Source: a candidate division WOR-3 bacterium 4484_18
Lineage (GTDB): Bacteria; Hydrothermota; UBA3073; NMUJ01
Length of the DNA: 64,000 bases
NCBI GenBank assembly: GCA_002256535.1
Contig: NMUJ01000007.1
Coordinates: 3,648-67,647, forward strand
Direction of reading: 5' to 3'
Program-made: the position numbers and the translations under genes
In this document: positions 30,639 through 40,802 of the stretch, in pieces
How the letters are laid out: each line of letters starts with the position of its first letter
Numbering within the stretch: the stretch's first letter is position 1
The notes under the pieces: generated by a model
The model's input: the letters and a program-made list of their open reading frames with translations, nothing else
What the model was told of the DNA's origin: nothing
Database searches by the model: none

Positions 30639-31612
30639 ACAAGGTTGAGCAATTTTTCGACAACCATATCGCTTGTTACACCTTCAGCTTCAGCTGCAAA
30701 GTTAAGTATGAGCCTATGTCTCAATACAGGTAGCGCCACACTTCTTACGTCATCCCATGACGGTACCGGTCGCCCTTCGAGCAACGCACGTGCCTTTGCC
30801 CCTAATATCAAGTATTGTGATGCACGTGGGCTTGCACCCCAGCTTACCCACTCTTTTATAAATTTGGGTACACTGCTGTTTTCTGATGGCCTGGTGAGGT
30901 TGACAAACTGTACTACCTCTTCGATAAGCTTAGGTGCTACCGGCATGCGACGTACAACATCCATTAGTTTCAATATTTCTTCACGTGTGAGGACGGACGA
31001 AACTTCAGGTTCATACCCTATGGTTGTGGTCTCTACAATTTTGACCTCTTCGTTTTCGGTTGGATAGTATATATTCACTTGGAACATAAACCTATCTTTC
31101 TGTGCCTCTGGCAACGGATACGTACCCTCATGTTCGATAGGATTCTGTGTAGCTAATACAAAAAACGGGCGTGGCAAATCATAGTCCTTACCAGCCACTG
31201 TAACTTTATATTCCTGCATTGCCTCAAGTAGCGCTGATTGTGTCTTGGGTGGTGTACGATTTATTTCATCCGCCAGTATAATGTTAGCAAAAATGGGACC
31301 TTTCACAAACCTAAAATAGCGTTCACCCGATGCGGTTTCCTCCAGTATCTCCGTACCAGTGATATCTGATGGCATAAGATCGGGTGTAAACTGTATCCTT
31401 GAAAACGACAACGATAACACACGTGCTAACGTCTTAACTATCAGAGTTTTAGCCAACCCCGGCACCCCTACAATGAGTATGTGGCCACCCGACAACAATG
31501 CTATCAGTATTTCTTCAATAACACGATCCTGTCCCACTATGATTTTATGTATTTCGTTTAATATTTTTTCTTTCGTATTGCCGATACGTTCCAATATCTC
31601 AGTATCGTTCAT
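30635..31612 (-). CDS. MoxR-family AAA+ ATPase
   Basis: 325 aa with GHILIVGVPGLAKT (Walker A), ILADEINRTPPKTQSALLEAMQE (Walker B / sensor) and a conserved MoxR C-terminal region. Confidence 0.8.
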   Translation of the reverse strand: MNDTEILERIGNTKEKILNEIHKIIVGQDRVIEEILIALLSGGHILIVGVPGLAKTLIVKTLARVLSLSFSRIQFTPDLMPSDITGTEILEETASGERYFRFVKGPIFANIILADEINRTPPKTQSALLEAMQEYKVTVAGKDYDLPRPFFVLATQNPIEHEGTYPLPEAQKDRFMFQVNIYYPTENEEVKIVETTTIGYEPEVSSVLTREEILKLMDVVRRMPVAPKLIEEVVQFVNLTRPSENSSVPKFIKEWVSWGASPRASQYLILGAKARALLEGRPVPSWDDVRSVALPVLRHRLILNFAAEAEGVTSDMVVEKLLNLV

Positions 31613-31953
31613 TAACTTACCACTTCCTCCACCAGCGCACGAAATGCATCAGGTTGATTTTCAGCCAATTCTGCTAACACTTTACGGTTAAGATCTATCC
31701 CCTTCTCTTTTAGCTTGTGTATGAGCTGACTATAAGTTATACCATGTTGTCGACATGCAGCGTTGATCTTCACTATTTGTAAGCGTCGCATATCGCGTTT
31801 CTTCTGTCGTCTATGAATATAGCTGTACATAAGTGCTTTCATGGCTGCATTCTTCGCCACCCTATACAAGTGACCACGTCCGCCAACGTATCCTTTCGCA
31901 AGTTTCATCCATTTCTTCTTACGGGTCTTGGGGCTGGATTTAGCTCTCGGCAT
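31612..31953 (-). CDS. rplT: 50S ribosomal protein L20
   Basis: 113 aa, MPRAKSSPKTRKKKW...GYVGGRGHLYRVAKNAAMKAL is canonical L20. Confidence 0.9.
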   Translation of the reverse strand: MPRAKSSPKTRKKKWMKLAKGYVGGRGHLYRVAKNAAMKALMYSYIHRRQKKRDMRRLQIVKINAACRQHGITYSQLIHKLKEKGIDLNRKVLAELAENQPDAFRALVEEVVS

Positions 31954-31961
31954 ATTACCTC

Positions 31962-32159
31962 CTATCCATACGGTAAAAGTCGTCGTATCCGTTGCTTTTC
32001 TGCTGGACTGACTACATCTTTCTTACGTAGTGCACGTCGCCTTTTAGCTGTCTTCTTACGCATAAGGTGGCTACCACCTGCACGTAACCGCAATATCTTG
32101 CCGCTTCTTGTGATCCTAAATCTTTTCGTCACCGCTTTCTTAGTTTTAAGTTTGGGCAT
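31962..32159 (-). CDS. rpmI: 50S ribosomal protein L35
   Basis: MPKLKTKKAVTKRFRITRSGKILR... matches L35. Start taken at the internal Met at 32159 rather than the longer track ORF. Confidence 0.8.
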   Translation of the reverse strand: MPKLKTKKAVTKRFRITRSGKILRLRAGGSHLMRKKTAKRRRALRKKDVVSPAEKQRIRRLLPYG

Positions 32160-32166
32160 CTTCACC

Positions 32167-32709
32167 TCACTTTCTCTTGGATTTAGGTACAATCACTGCC
32201 ACCATATTGCGATAACTTTCCATAGCTGGTGGATGCTCCACCTTAGCAATATCAGACAATGCATCTATGAACTGTTCCAGTACCTTCCTACCATCATCCA
32301 TATGTATAGCCTGTCTACCACGAAACCTAACCACTATTCGTACCTTGTCACCCTCTTCTAAGAATTCACGTGCCTTACGTAGCTTAACCTCAAAATCGTG
32401 GTCCTCGATCTGTGGTGAAAACTTCAATTCCTTCACTTTTATTGTGGTAGATTTCTTTTCCTTCTTCTCCTTCTGATATTTATATTTCCCATAGTCCATA
32501 ATCCGACAGACTGGAGGAAACTGGTTTGGTGCTACCTCAACCAAATCGAGCCCCGCCTCCTCCGCACGTCGTAAAGCCTCTTGTATACTCACAATACCCA
32601 CCAATCTACCATTCTCATCTACCAGTTTCACCTTACTTACTCTTATCTGTTCATTTATTCGTGGACCTTTTTTCTTAGGTCTTCGTAGCGGTCCGCGGTA
32701 ATATCCCAT
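32167..32709 (-). CDS. infC: Translation initiation factor IF-3
   Basis: Both IF-3 N and C domains are present (INEQIRVSKVKLVDENG...RIMDYGKYKYQ...VRFRGRQAIH). The true start is probably a non-ATG codon (AUU/AUA) internal to the track ORF, as usual for infC. Conserved thrS-infC-rpmI-rplT order. Confidence 0.8.
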   Translation of the reverse strand: MGYYRGPLRRPKKKGPRINEQIRVSKVKLVDENGRLVGIVSIQEALRRAEEAGLDLVEVAPNQFPPVCRIMDYGKYKYQKEKKEKKSTTIKVKELKFSPQIEDHDFEVKLRKAREFLEEGDKVRIVVRFRGRQAIHMDDGRKVLEQFIDALSDIAKVEHPPAMESYRNMVAVIVPKSKRK

Positions 32710-34601
32710 CAGGTAAGCGGATTCTCCTCACTTCTTAAGAGCTCCATAAATGTATCCCATTCCATAGAACCGAGATCGCCTTCACCACGTTTGCGAACCG
32801 CAACCTGCCTACTTTCCATCTCCTTCTTCCCTACAATCACCATGTAGGGTATCTTTTTCCCAGCTACCATACGCACTTTATAAGATATTTTCTCGTTACT
32901 TGTGTCAAGCTCAACCCTATAATTTAAGCTTGTCAATCTCTTGTAAATCTTCTGTGCATATGGGATTGCAGTATCAGTAATGGTGGCCACCACTATCTGC
33001 ACGGGTGCTAACCAAAACGGCATCGCCCCTTTATGATGCTCGACTAACGTACCCATAAATCGCTCCATTGCCCCCAATATTGCACGATGTATCATGATCA
33101 CATGATGTGGTGTATTGTCAGCTCCTATGTAGGTTACGTCAAACCTCTCAGGTAGATTAAAATCAAACTGTATCGTAGGACCTTGCCATTTTCTACCCAT
33201 CGCATCACGCAAGTGTATGTCAATTTTGGGTCCATAAAATGCAGCTTCCCCTACCATACGTTCGTAAGGTATATTGAGTTTATTCAAAACGCTTTCAAGT
33301 GCCGCTTCTGCATGCTGCCAATCTTCATCCCTTCCTGCAAATGACTTCTTATCTGCTGGGTCTCTTACCGATAATGTAACGTCGTACTCCTTGAACCCGA
33401 ATCTCTCCATCATATAGCGTGCAAGCTCTATTATTTCACAAATTTCTGTCTCCACCTGATCGGGCCGACAGAAGATATGTGCATCATCTTGGGTAAACCC
33501 TCGCACCCTCAACAACCCATGTAATACACCACTACGTTCATATCGGTAAACCGTACCTAACTCCGCGTATTTAATCGGTAAATCGCGATAACTACGTACT
33601 TTCGATTTGTATATAAGGATATGGAAAGGGCAGTTCATTGGCTTCAAAACATAGTCTTCCTGTCCCATCTTAAATGTGATCATATTCTCACGATAATACT
33701 CAAAATGTCCAGATATCTGCCACAGCTCCGCCTTTGCAATATGTGGTGTATAGACAAGTTGGTATCCACGTTTGATATGCTCTTTTATCCAAAATTCTTC
33801 AATTATCCTACGTATTGTTGCACCTTTAGGGTGCCACAACACTAATCCAGGACCTGGCTCACCAATACTAAAATACTCCAGTTGTGTACCTAATTTACGG
33901 TGATCACAAGCTTCTGCCTCTTTCAGCAGCTGCAGAAAATGTACCAATCTTTCCTGGGTGGTAAATGATATTCCATAAATCCTTTGTAGACGTTCGCGCG
34001 TCTCGTCACCCCGCCAGTAACTACCTGAAGTAGATAATAGTTTGAAATACTTTATCCTACCCGTAGATGGCACATGTGGCCCCCTACAAAGGTCGATAAA
34101 ATTTCCCTGTTTGTAGCAACTAACCACATCATCCGTTATCTCATCGATAAGCTCTACTTTGAACTTCTCGCCCAGCTCCTCAAACATCCTTCGTGCTTCA
34201 TCTCGCGGTAATTCAAGCCTTTCAAACGTAAGATCTTTCGCTATAATTTCGTACATCTTAGCCTCAATTTTATCCAAATCCTCTGTCGTAAATGGCCTAT
34301 CAACTTCGAAGTCATAATAAAACCCATGCTCAATGGCTGGCCCTATTGCGAGCTTTGCGTTAGGGAATAACTCCTTAACCGCCTGTGCCATGATATGTGC
34401 GGTGGAGTGCCAATATACTTGTTTACCATCGTTGTCATCAAATGTTATGGGTTCAATTATATCACCTTCTTGCGGTTGGTACGACAAATCTACCAGCTTA
34501 CCATTAACCCTTGCTGCAATAATTTCTGGTTCTGACAGTATTGAAATTAAACGTTCACCCTCTTCTATTTCCTTTACTTCGCCTTTGATTTTTACTTTCA
34601 T
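32709..34601 (-). CDS. thrS: Threonyl-tRNA synthetase
   Basis: 630 aa with TGS, editing and class II catalytic motifs and an anticodon-binding domain. Intact. Confidence 0.9.
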   Translation of the reverse strand: MKVKIKGEVKEIEEGERLISILSEPEIIAARVNGKLVDLSYQPQEGDIIEPITFDDNDGKQVYWHSTAHIMAQAVKELFPNAKLAIGPAIEHGFYYDFEVDRPFTTEDLDKIEAKMYEIIAKDLTFERLELPRDEARRMFEELGEKFKVELIDEITDDVVSCYKQGNFIDLCRGPHVPSTGRIKYFKLLSTSGSYWRGDETRERLQRIYGISFTTQERLVHFLQLLKEAEACDHRKLGTQLEYFSIGEPGPGLVLWHPKGATIRRIIEEFWIKEHIKRGYQLVYTPHIAKAELWQISGHFEYYRENMITFKMGQEDYVLKPMNCPFHILIYKSKVRSYRDLPIKYAELGTVYRYERSGVLHGLLRVRGFTQDDAHIFCRPDQVETEICEIIELARYMMERFGFKEYDVTLSVRDPADKKSFAGRDEDWQHAEAALESVLNKLNIPYERMVGEAAFYGPKIDIHLRDAMGRKWQGPTIQFDFNLPERFDVTYIGADNTPHHVIMIHRAILGAMERFMGTLVEHHKGAMPFWLAPVQIVVATITDTAIPYAQKIYKRLTSLNYRVELDTSNEKISYKVRMVAGKKIPYMVIVGKKEMESRQVAVRKRGEGDLGSMEWDTFMELLRSEENPLT

Positions 34602-34614
34602 GGATAAAAATAAA

Positions 34615-34688
34615 TGGGCGGTACTGGACTCGAACCAGTGACCTCCACGATGTCAACGTGGCGCTCTTACCAACTGAGCTAACCGCCC
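34615..34688 (-). tRNA. tRNA-Val (anticodon GAC)
   Basis: Reverse complement GGGCGGTTAGCTCAGTTGGTAAGAGCGCCACGTTGACATCGTGGAGGTCACTGGTTCGAGTCCAGTACCGCCCA folds as a cloverleaf: 7-bp acceptor, D loop AGTTGGTA, anticodon loop TTGACAT, T-loop TTCGAGT. Confidence 0.85.
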
Positions 34689-34692
34689 ATAG

Positions 34693-34764
34693 AGCGGGCA
34701 ACGGGATTCGAACCCGCGACCACCGGCTTGGGAAGCCGGCACTCTACCGCTGAGTTATGCCCGC
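34693..34764 (-). tRNA. tRNA-Gly (anticodon CCC)
   Basis: Reverse complement GCGGGCATAACTCAGCGGTAGAGTGCCGGCTTCCCAAGCCGGTGGTCGCGGGTTCGAATCCCGTTGCCCGCT has acceptor GCGGGCA/TGCCCGC, anticodon loop TTCCCAA and T-loop TTCGAAT. Confidence 0.85.
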
Positions 34765-34879
34765 TTCTTTGATAAAATATCAACATGCTTGAACCCGTCA
34801 AGCAGCTATTTTTGCACTCTTAGCATCCAAATTGAAGTTGACAACGTTTACTTCACCCTAATTTTAAGGTATCTTAATA

Positions 34880-36691
34880 ATGATGGATAAACAAGCCCTT
34901 ACCAAGTTTATCAAATCTGCCATACTACCGGGATGGTGTCATGGGCTACGTGGATGGACAGTTACGGGGTTACCCAACCATAGCGAGAAAGTTCTACGTG
35001 GTGTTGATGGCTCAATTATGGCAACCACATGGAATTTCTATTTAAACTTCTGGTTATGGATAGACGACGAGCTGATCACACCGGAGACCCTACCTCTGAA
35101 CAAAATTGAACATCATCTTGACAGTGGTCACTTACCTATATCGATATTTGAGTTCCATCATAAGGATATATTGATGCGTAACACCTTAACCGTAATCGAT
35201 GGTGCCACCAATGGCATAGGTCTCATAAATGTAGATGTTGAAAACCTCTCCCCCACCCGACATAAAGTAGTATTGGGTTTAGTAGTACGTCCGTTTAGGG
35301 TTAACGAGCAGATGGGCGCTATTTCTCACCTCTCTTACGCCGATCGTATATTATCGATCAATGATAAATTCCATATATTTGTAGAAGGTAACCCGCAGTT
35401 TGTTATAACTTCGTTGTTCGAAGGTAATGAACTATCACCCAAAGGTGACGATAAGGTACCCCAATTACTAAGTGGTGCCTTGATGTACAACCTAAGGATG
35501 GCACCAGGTGCCGGCAAACATATCAAATTTCGCTTCAATATCGACCCCATGGACCGTCGCTCTGCCGTCACTCTGTTGCATAGGTTACCCATTTATTTAC
35601 CCATAGATAAGGTACGTACGTACTGGAGGACATTACTTTACAGGACACGTTGGCATATACCAGCACCGTTACCTGATGCAATCTATGCATCGCTCGCTTA
35701 CATTCTTATCAACATGGCCGATAACCAATTACGTCCCGGACTTACGTTTTACAACTATTTCTGGTATCGTGACGCCGCATATATTGTGGCTGCCCTGTTA
35801 CGCTATGGGTATGCAGATTTTGTGAAACGCACTTTACCAACTTTTATGGAAGGTCAATTACCTACTGGAGAGTTTCCCCCTATATTGGACGACAGGTTAC
35901 GCCCTGTAAAACCCATCAAACGTCTAAAGGAATGGGATTCACAAGGTCAAGCCATCTTCGCCATCGCTGAATACTATAGATTTACAGGTGATAAGGAAAT
36001 GCTCAAAACTTACTATCCACACATCCAACGTGCTGCCGAATATATTTTAAAACAGCGTACTCGTCGGCTCAAGGAACGTCTACGTAACACCCCTTACTAT
36101 GGATTGTTACCACCGTCGTGGTCGGCGGAAGACCTCGGTTCTGACAAATGGCATCATTACTGGGACGATTTCTGGTGTGTCATAGGGTTACGTGATGCTG
36201 CATTCATAAGCAGGATATTGGGCAAACAGGATAGCCACCGATACGAAGCTGCTGCATCGGAGCTACTTAACTCGGTCTTTAATTCCATACAGATACTTAT
36301 AAGACGTAAAAAAATCAAATGGATACCGAATGGTCCAGAGGATTTGAACTCCTCATCAATGGCACGTGGTACATCACCATTATTGTGGCCTGGTAGGCTG
36401 GTGGATACTTCCAACACCTTAGTACGCGAATCGTTCGATTACTACTTCAAGAAGTGGATACAACCTTATGGTGGTGGATACTACCACCAGAAGCATTTTT
36501 GGCCATATGGGTTAGAATTGGCCACCTGCTATCTTATACTTAGGCAACCACAGCGTGCACATATGATATTAGATTGGTACCTACAGCATCAAACCGTACC
36601 CGGTACGTATGCATGGGCTGAGGTTATTGATGATATCAACCCATGGTGGTCGAGAATCTACCCACGTATTTTGGACAAATCGATGCCATAA
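34880..36691 (+). CDS. Six-hairpin (alpha/alpha)6 glycosidase-like protein (GH15/GH63-related)
   Basis: 603 aa. The motif YNYFWYRDAAYIVAALLRYGY resembles the WxRD signature of GH15-type glucoamylase/glucodextranase catalytic domains. Family level only. Confidence 0.4.
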   Translation: MMDKQALTKFIKSAILPGWCHGLRGWTVTGLPNHSEKVLRGVDGSIMATTWNFYLNFWLWIDDELITPETLPLNKIEHHLDSGHLPISIFEFHHKDILMRNTLTVIDGATNGIGLINVDVENLSPTRHKVVLGLVVRPFRVNEQMGAISHLSYADRILSINDKFHIFVEGNPQFVITSLFEGNELSPKGDDKVPQLLSGALMYNLRMAPGAGKHIKFRFNIDPMDRRSAVTLLHRLPIYLPIDKVRTYWRTLLYRTRWHIPAPLPDAIYASLAYILINMADNQLRPGLTFYNYFWYRDAAYIVAALLRYGYADFVKRTLPTFMEGQLPTGEFPPILDDRLRPVKPIKRLKEWDSQGQAIFAIAEYYRFTGDKEMLKTYYPHIQRAAEYILKQRTRRLKERLRNTPYYGLLPPSWSAEDLGSDKWHHYWDDFWCVIGLRDAAFISRILGKQDSHRYEAAASELLNSVFNSIQILIRRKKIKWIPNGPEDLNSSSMARGTSPLLWPGRLVDTSNTLVRESFDYYFKKWIQPYGGGYYHQKHFWPYGLELATCYLILRQPQRAHMILDWYLQHQTVPGTYAWAEVIDDINPWWSRIYPRILDKSMP

Positions 36692-36793
36692 TCTATGAAC
36701 CCGCTACTCGATCAATAAAAATACGATCATCTATCCCATACGAAAAGTTTGAACTTACCCGATCCGACCTTAAATTAGTACAATAGCAATATT

Positions 36794-37576
36794 GTGGATA
36801 GAAAAGCACTAATTTCAACATTACGTAAACTTGGCATAACTCCCACCAAACTCATGGGGCAAACTTTCCTTTTGGATGAAACAATAGCCCAAAATATTGC
36901 CATCATTGCTGTGGTTACAAATAAGGTAGCCATTGAGGTAGGGCCAGGTCTTGGTATACTTACAAATTATTTGCTACCAAAAGTGGAACACCTGATATTG
37001 GTTGAACGTGATCCGTTGCTCGCTGGCTATCTTAAGCGTACCTTAACTGCATCTAACTATACGCTTATCACGGCTGATATATTGAAACAGCATATACCGC
37101 GTCTGTATAAAAAGGGTAAAGTAAAAATCGTTTCCAACTTACCTTACTCCATAATTTCGCCATTCTTACGGTGGCTCATACATGAAAAGAACTATATTGA
37201 GGATGTTACGTTGATGTTACCCCAAGATGTGGTGGATAAATTGCTTGCCACCCCTGGTACCAAGAAATACTCTGCACTTACTGTAATATATGGAGTTTCG
37301 ACTCATATAACACGATGTTTTGTTGTACCACCGCACGTGTTTTATCCACGACCAAAAATCTTCTCAGAGGTCATCAAGATAGAGTTCAACGAACTCGATC
37401 TACCACGGGGGTTCATAAAGTTTGTAGAACATGGGTTCACCGCACGTCGTAAGAAGCTCAAAAATATCTTCACACAATATAAGTTCGATAATTCCGGTGA
37501 TAAACGGCCGGATCAACTCACCCCAGACGAATGGCTCACGATATACAGTAGATTGAGTAGATATGATAACCACTAA
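36794..37576 (+). CDS. rsmA: 16S rRNA (adenine1518/1519-N6)-dimethyltransferase
   Basis: 260 aa with LMGQTFLLDE and the SAM motif VAIEVGPGLGILT, plus the NLPYSI catalytic motif. Confidence 0.8.
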   Translation: MDRKALISTLRKLGITPTKLMGQTFLLDETIAQNIAIIAVVTNKVAIEVGPGLGILTNYLLPKVEHLILVERDPLLAGYLKRTLTASNYTLITADILKQHIPRLYKKGKVKIVSNLPYSIISPFLRWLIHEKNYIEDVTLMLPQDVVDKLLATPGTKKYSALTVIYGVSTHITRCFVVPPHVFYPRPKIFSEVIKIEFNELDLPRGFIKFVEHGFTARRKKLKNIFTQYKFDNSGDKRPDQLTPDEWLTIYSRLSRYDNH

Positions 37577-40140
37577 TGGTGGTGTACCTTTTATTAGCGC
37601 TTAACCTGTGGCAACTGAAGGTGATCAAAACTACGCATTATAAGGTATTTTATCCACCGGGTTACCACCAATCCGCCATCGAGCTCGCATATTATCTTGA
37701 ATCCTATCACGATAGTGTGATCAACTTCATAGGCTACGATCCCGGTATAGTTTGTGTCGGTATACAGGATTTGGGATTGTTAACCACAGGGTTTGCTGAC
37801 CCAATATCCAATCGCATCATGGTTATGGCATCCACACCGTTACCTTACAATTTCCATATTGGGTCGCTACGTAACTGGTGGCGTTTAGTAGGTATACATG
37901 AGTTCACCCATATATCGCATCTACGTATGGTGTATGGTTGGAACAGATTCCTGTATTATCTGTTTGGTGCAATAGCGTTACCAAATATGATATCACCCGG
38001 CTGGATAATAGAAGGTATTACAGTGTTTACTGAATCACAATATGTACCATACGAGGGTAGGCTAAACGATGGCCTTTATCATGATTATATGAAGGTGCTT
38101 GCATATCACGAGCGTGTACCATCGTTGGCTGAAATCACACATTATCCCTATGAATTTCCATTAGACAACATCTACCTGTTCGGTGGTACACTCTTCGACT
38201 ATATAGGTTATCGCTATGGTAAGCATACATTTAGAGAGTTTTTTAGATCTTACTCAAGTAAAGCTTGCAGGGTACCAATATTACCCTACTTCGATCTCGA
38301 CCGTATTGCAAGGTCCACATTTGGCAAAAGTTGGCCCGCTATATGGAGGGATTGGCGATCTTATTTACGAACATCGACGTACAAATTTAATGGTATTAGG
38401 CTTACCAATGATGGCTGGTATGTAGCATATCCAGTGATGAAGGATGGTAGGATTTTCTACTTACGCAGATACGGATATAAAGATGCACCACTTCACACGA
38501 GGCAGGTTTGGACCCTAACTGCATATGAGATAAAAACTGGCCAAGAGAAATCGTTACTCACAAACCTACCATTTATGCCGCTACTCAGCGTAGAGGGTGA
38601 TTCACTCTACTATGCAATCTACAAATTGCGTTTCGGCTACCCTAATACATATGATGATAGTTGGGGTTACGAATCCGAAATATGGGTCTATAACCTACGT
38701 ACAGGTGAACGTCATCCTGTTTTACAAGATGCGTTATGTTGCTTCACTGTAGATGATGGCACCATCTACTATGTAAAGAATTGTGGCCACACGTGCGATA
38801 TTTACAAATATGAAGGTGATCGTATCACCCACATATCACATCATAATGCGAATATTGGTGAACTCATTGCCACACCTACGGGATTGATCGTATCATACAA
38901 ACGATATAACACCAGCTGGAATATTGGTATTTTGGACCAACAGACACATACCATCAAACCATTGATAGCAACACCATGGGTTGAAAAATCACCCATCTTA
39001 CAGGATAGCCTACTTTTCTATGTCGCTAATTATGGTAAAACCTACAGAATATATGCGTATAGCCTTAACGGTGGTCACCTCTATAAGGTCTGTAATACGG
39101 GTGTAGCTTTGTATCCGGTACCACACGGTGATACACTTTATTACGTGAGCCTGTACCCAGAAGGGTTCGACTTGACAAAGGTTAAGCTCATCCTAATCAA
39201 ATTAGGTACTTTATCTTCTCTATATTCTTTAGAAGAGGAAGCACCTCGGGTGCCATCCTTTAACAAGAGTGTGGTCATCCGAACTGGTTGCTTTGTCGAA
39301 AATTGCGTCCCATTGCTTATCCCACAGGTGAGGTTACCTATAGCATACCATAACACGATAGCGGGTTGGAATATAGGGTTGCTCACATATAGTAGCGATG
39401 TTATGGGGTATTCAACATTACTCACGTATTGGGGCTACTCATTGAAAACACATAAAGTAACCCCATATTTGGAACTATGGTTGATGCTACCCGTGCCTAT
39501 CTCATGGACAGTAATATACGATGCCGGCTTAAGTGTGGAAGTGAACATCCCCTATCATATGGCGCTTTCATCATTATGGCGGTATGGTAGCATAAGCTTA
39601 TCTTATAATAATTATAATAAAGGTGTGGTAGGAGCAGAGTTACAGCTGGACTTTTCGAGTGGTATAAATTGTTATCGTTTCACAATAGGTAAACGTGGGG
39701 TAGATTATTGGGCTGATATCACCATACAGCGTCACTTCCCTACGCACAAAATATGGGTACGACTTTCTCATGGATACGGTAGCCCAGATTTGTCTAAGAT
39801 AAACATTGGTGGTTTACATCACTATTTTGCAGTAGAATGCGAGTTACCCCATAGGGTATTCAAACTACGTAAGGGATGGTGGAACCCCAACTTTTACATT
39901 GAGGATATATTTCTAATACCGTTTGGCTATTATGCACAAATAGGAGGCCATACCTCACGCTGGATGTTGGGGCTCCTTGTATCACCTGAATTGGGGATAT
40001 TGTATCAACCTCGAATTATAGCACCAACTTTCGGTATAGCCTATACGAGCGAAGCTAACTGGCAAACACTGTTTGAGATACGGGTGCCAGCTTTATCCAA
40101 AAGACCTAACCAACCGTATTATCGAGTATATCCACGGTAG
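37576..40140 (+). CDS. Large hypothetical protein with an HExxH zinc-metallopeptidase-like motif, a beta-propeller-like middle region and a beta-rich C-terminal region
   Basis: 854 aa. The N-terminal hydrophobic segment is followed by VGIHEFTHISH (HExxH). The middle has TolB/WD-like repeats with many Y/W/G. The C-terminal 300 aa show an alternating beta pattern. No named family. Confidence 0.4.
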   Translation: MVVYLLLALNLWQLKVIKTTHYKVFYPPGYHQSAIELAYYLESYHDSVINFIGYDPGIVCVGIQDLGLLTTGFADPISNRIMVMASTPLPYNFHIGSLRNWWRLVGIHEFTHISHLRMVYGWNRFLYYLFGAIALPNMISPGWIIEGITVFTESQYVPYEGRLNDGLYHDYMKVLAYHERVPSLAEITHYPYEFPLDNIYLFGGTLFDYIGYRYGKHTFREFFRSYSSKACRVPILPYFDLDRIARSTFGKSWPAIWRDWRSYLRTSTYKFNGIRLTNDGWYVAYPVMKDGRIFYLRRYGYKDAPLHTRQVWTLTAYEIKTGQEKSLLTNLPFMPLLSVEGDSLYYAIYKLRFGYPNTYDDSWGYESEIWVYNLRTGERHPVLQDALCCFTVDDGTIYYVKNCGHTCDIYKYEGDRITHISHHNANIGELIATPTGLIVSYKRYNTSWNIGILDQQTHTIKPLIATPWVEKSPILQDSLLFYVANYGKTYRIYAYSLNGGHLYKVCNTGVALYPVPHGDTLYYVSLYPEGFDLTKVKLILIKLGTLSSLYSLEEEAPRVPSFNKSVVIRTGCFVENCVPLLIPQVRLPIAYHNTIAGWNIGLLTYSSDVMGYSTLLTYWGYSLKTHKVTPYLELWLMLPVPISWTVIYDAGLSVEVNIPYHMALSSLWRYGSISLSYNNYNKGVVGAELQLDFSSGINCYRFTIGKRGVDYWADITIQRHFPTHKIWVRLSHGYGSPDLSKINIGGLHHYFAVECELPHRVFKLRKGWWNPNFYIEDIFLIPFGYYAQIGGHTSRWMLGLLVSPELGILYQPRIIAPTFGIAYTSEANWQTLFEIRVPALSKRPNQPYYRVYPR

Positions 40141-40707
40141 ACTAATAACGAACCAACCAATGGGCCTATGTAATGCTATACAGCTCAACCCATATGTCTT
40201 ATCACATAGTTTCACACCTAAGGGTACCATAACCGTGCCAGCCATCGCAAACATTGTACCCTGCACCCCTATGTAGTTTATCACCTGCGGAAGCCCACCC
40301 ACCCAATGTGGATGTTGAACCAGATAGGTTATAGTCAAGCTGAACGTTATCGCCGATAGGTAACCAGTGGAGAAACCCACAACTACAGGATAGTAGTTAC
40401 GTGAGCTATGCCTACGCCATAAAATACGTGATATATCGTAGCTCACCCCTATAAGGAAAATTGCTACCATATGACATGCATAGAATGGGTGGTTCATAAA
40501 CTTGAACAACATAGCGATTGCAGAGATGATCGCACCTGAACCTATCGGTAATCTCATACTTACACCAAGCAATAGAAGTGCACCTGCTGTGAGATATACT
40601 GAGGATTTCGGTATATGGTATCCATAGAGCCACCCACCAACCGCAAATTCGTAGATACCCCACAAGGTTGCACACACTAAAAGTGTGAAAATGTGGCATC
40701 GCATCAC
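40093..40707 (-). CDS. Hypothetical polytopic membrane protein (about 6 TM helices)
   Basis: 204 aa, hydrophobic throughout. It overlaps the 3' end of the convergent 854-aa gene by ~48 nt, so the exact boundary is uncertain. Confidence 0.3.
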   Translation of the reverse strand: MMRCHIFTLLVCATLWGIYEFAVGGWLYGYHIPKSSVYLTAGALLLLGVSMRLPIGSGAIISAIAMLFKFMNHPFYACHMVAIFLIGVSYDISRILWRRHSSRNYYPVVVGFSTGYLSAITFSLTITYLVQHPHWVGGLPQVINYIGVQGTMFAMAGTVMVPLGVKLCDKTYGLSCIALHRPIGWFVISLPWIYSIIRLVRSFG

Positions 40708-40802
40708 TTAGTTAATATGGGAAGATCCGTCTTTGTCAAGCTCACTAAGCCCACCACAGATTATAGGGTTGTCATTTCTCAACCAGCGCTTATTATAAAA
40801 GG

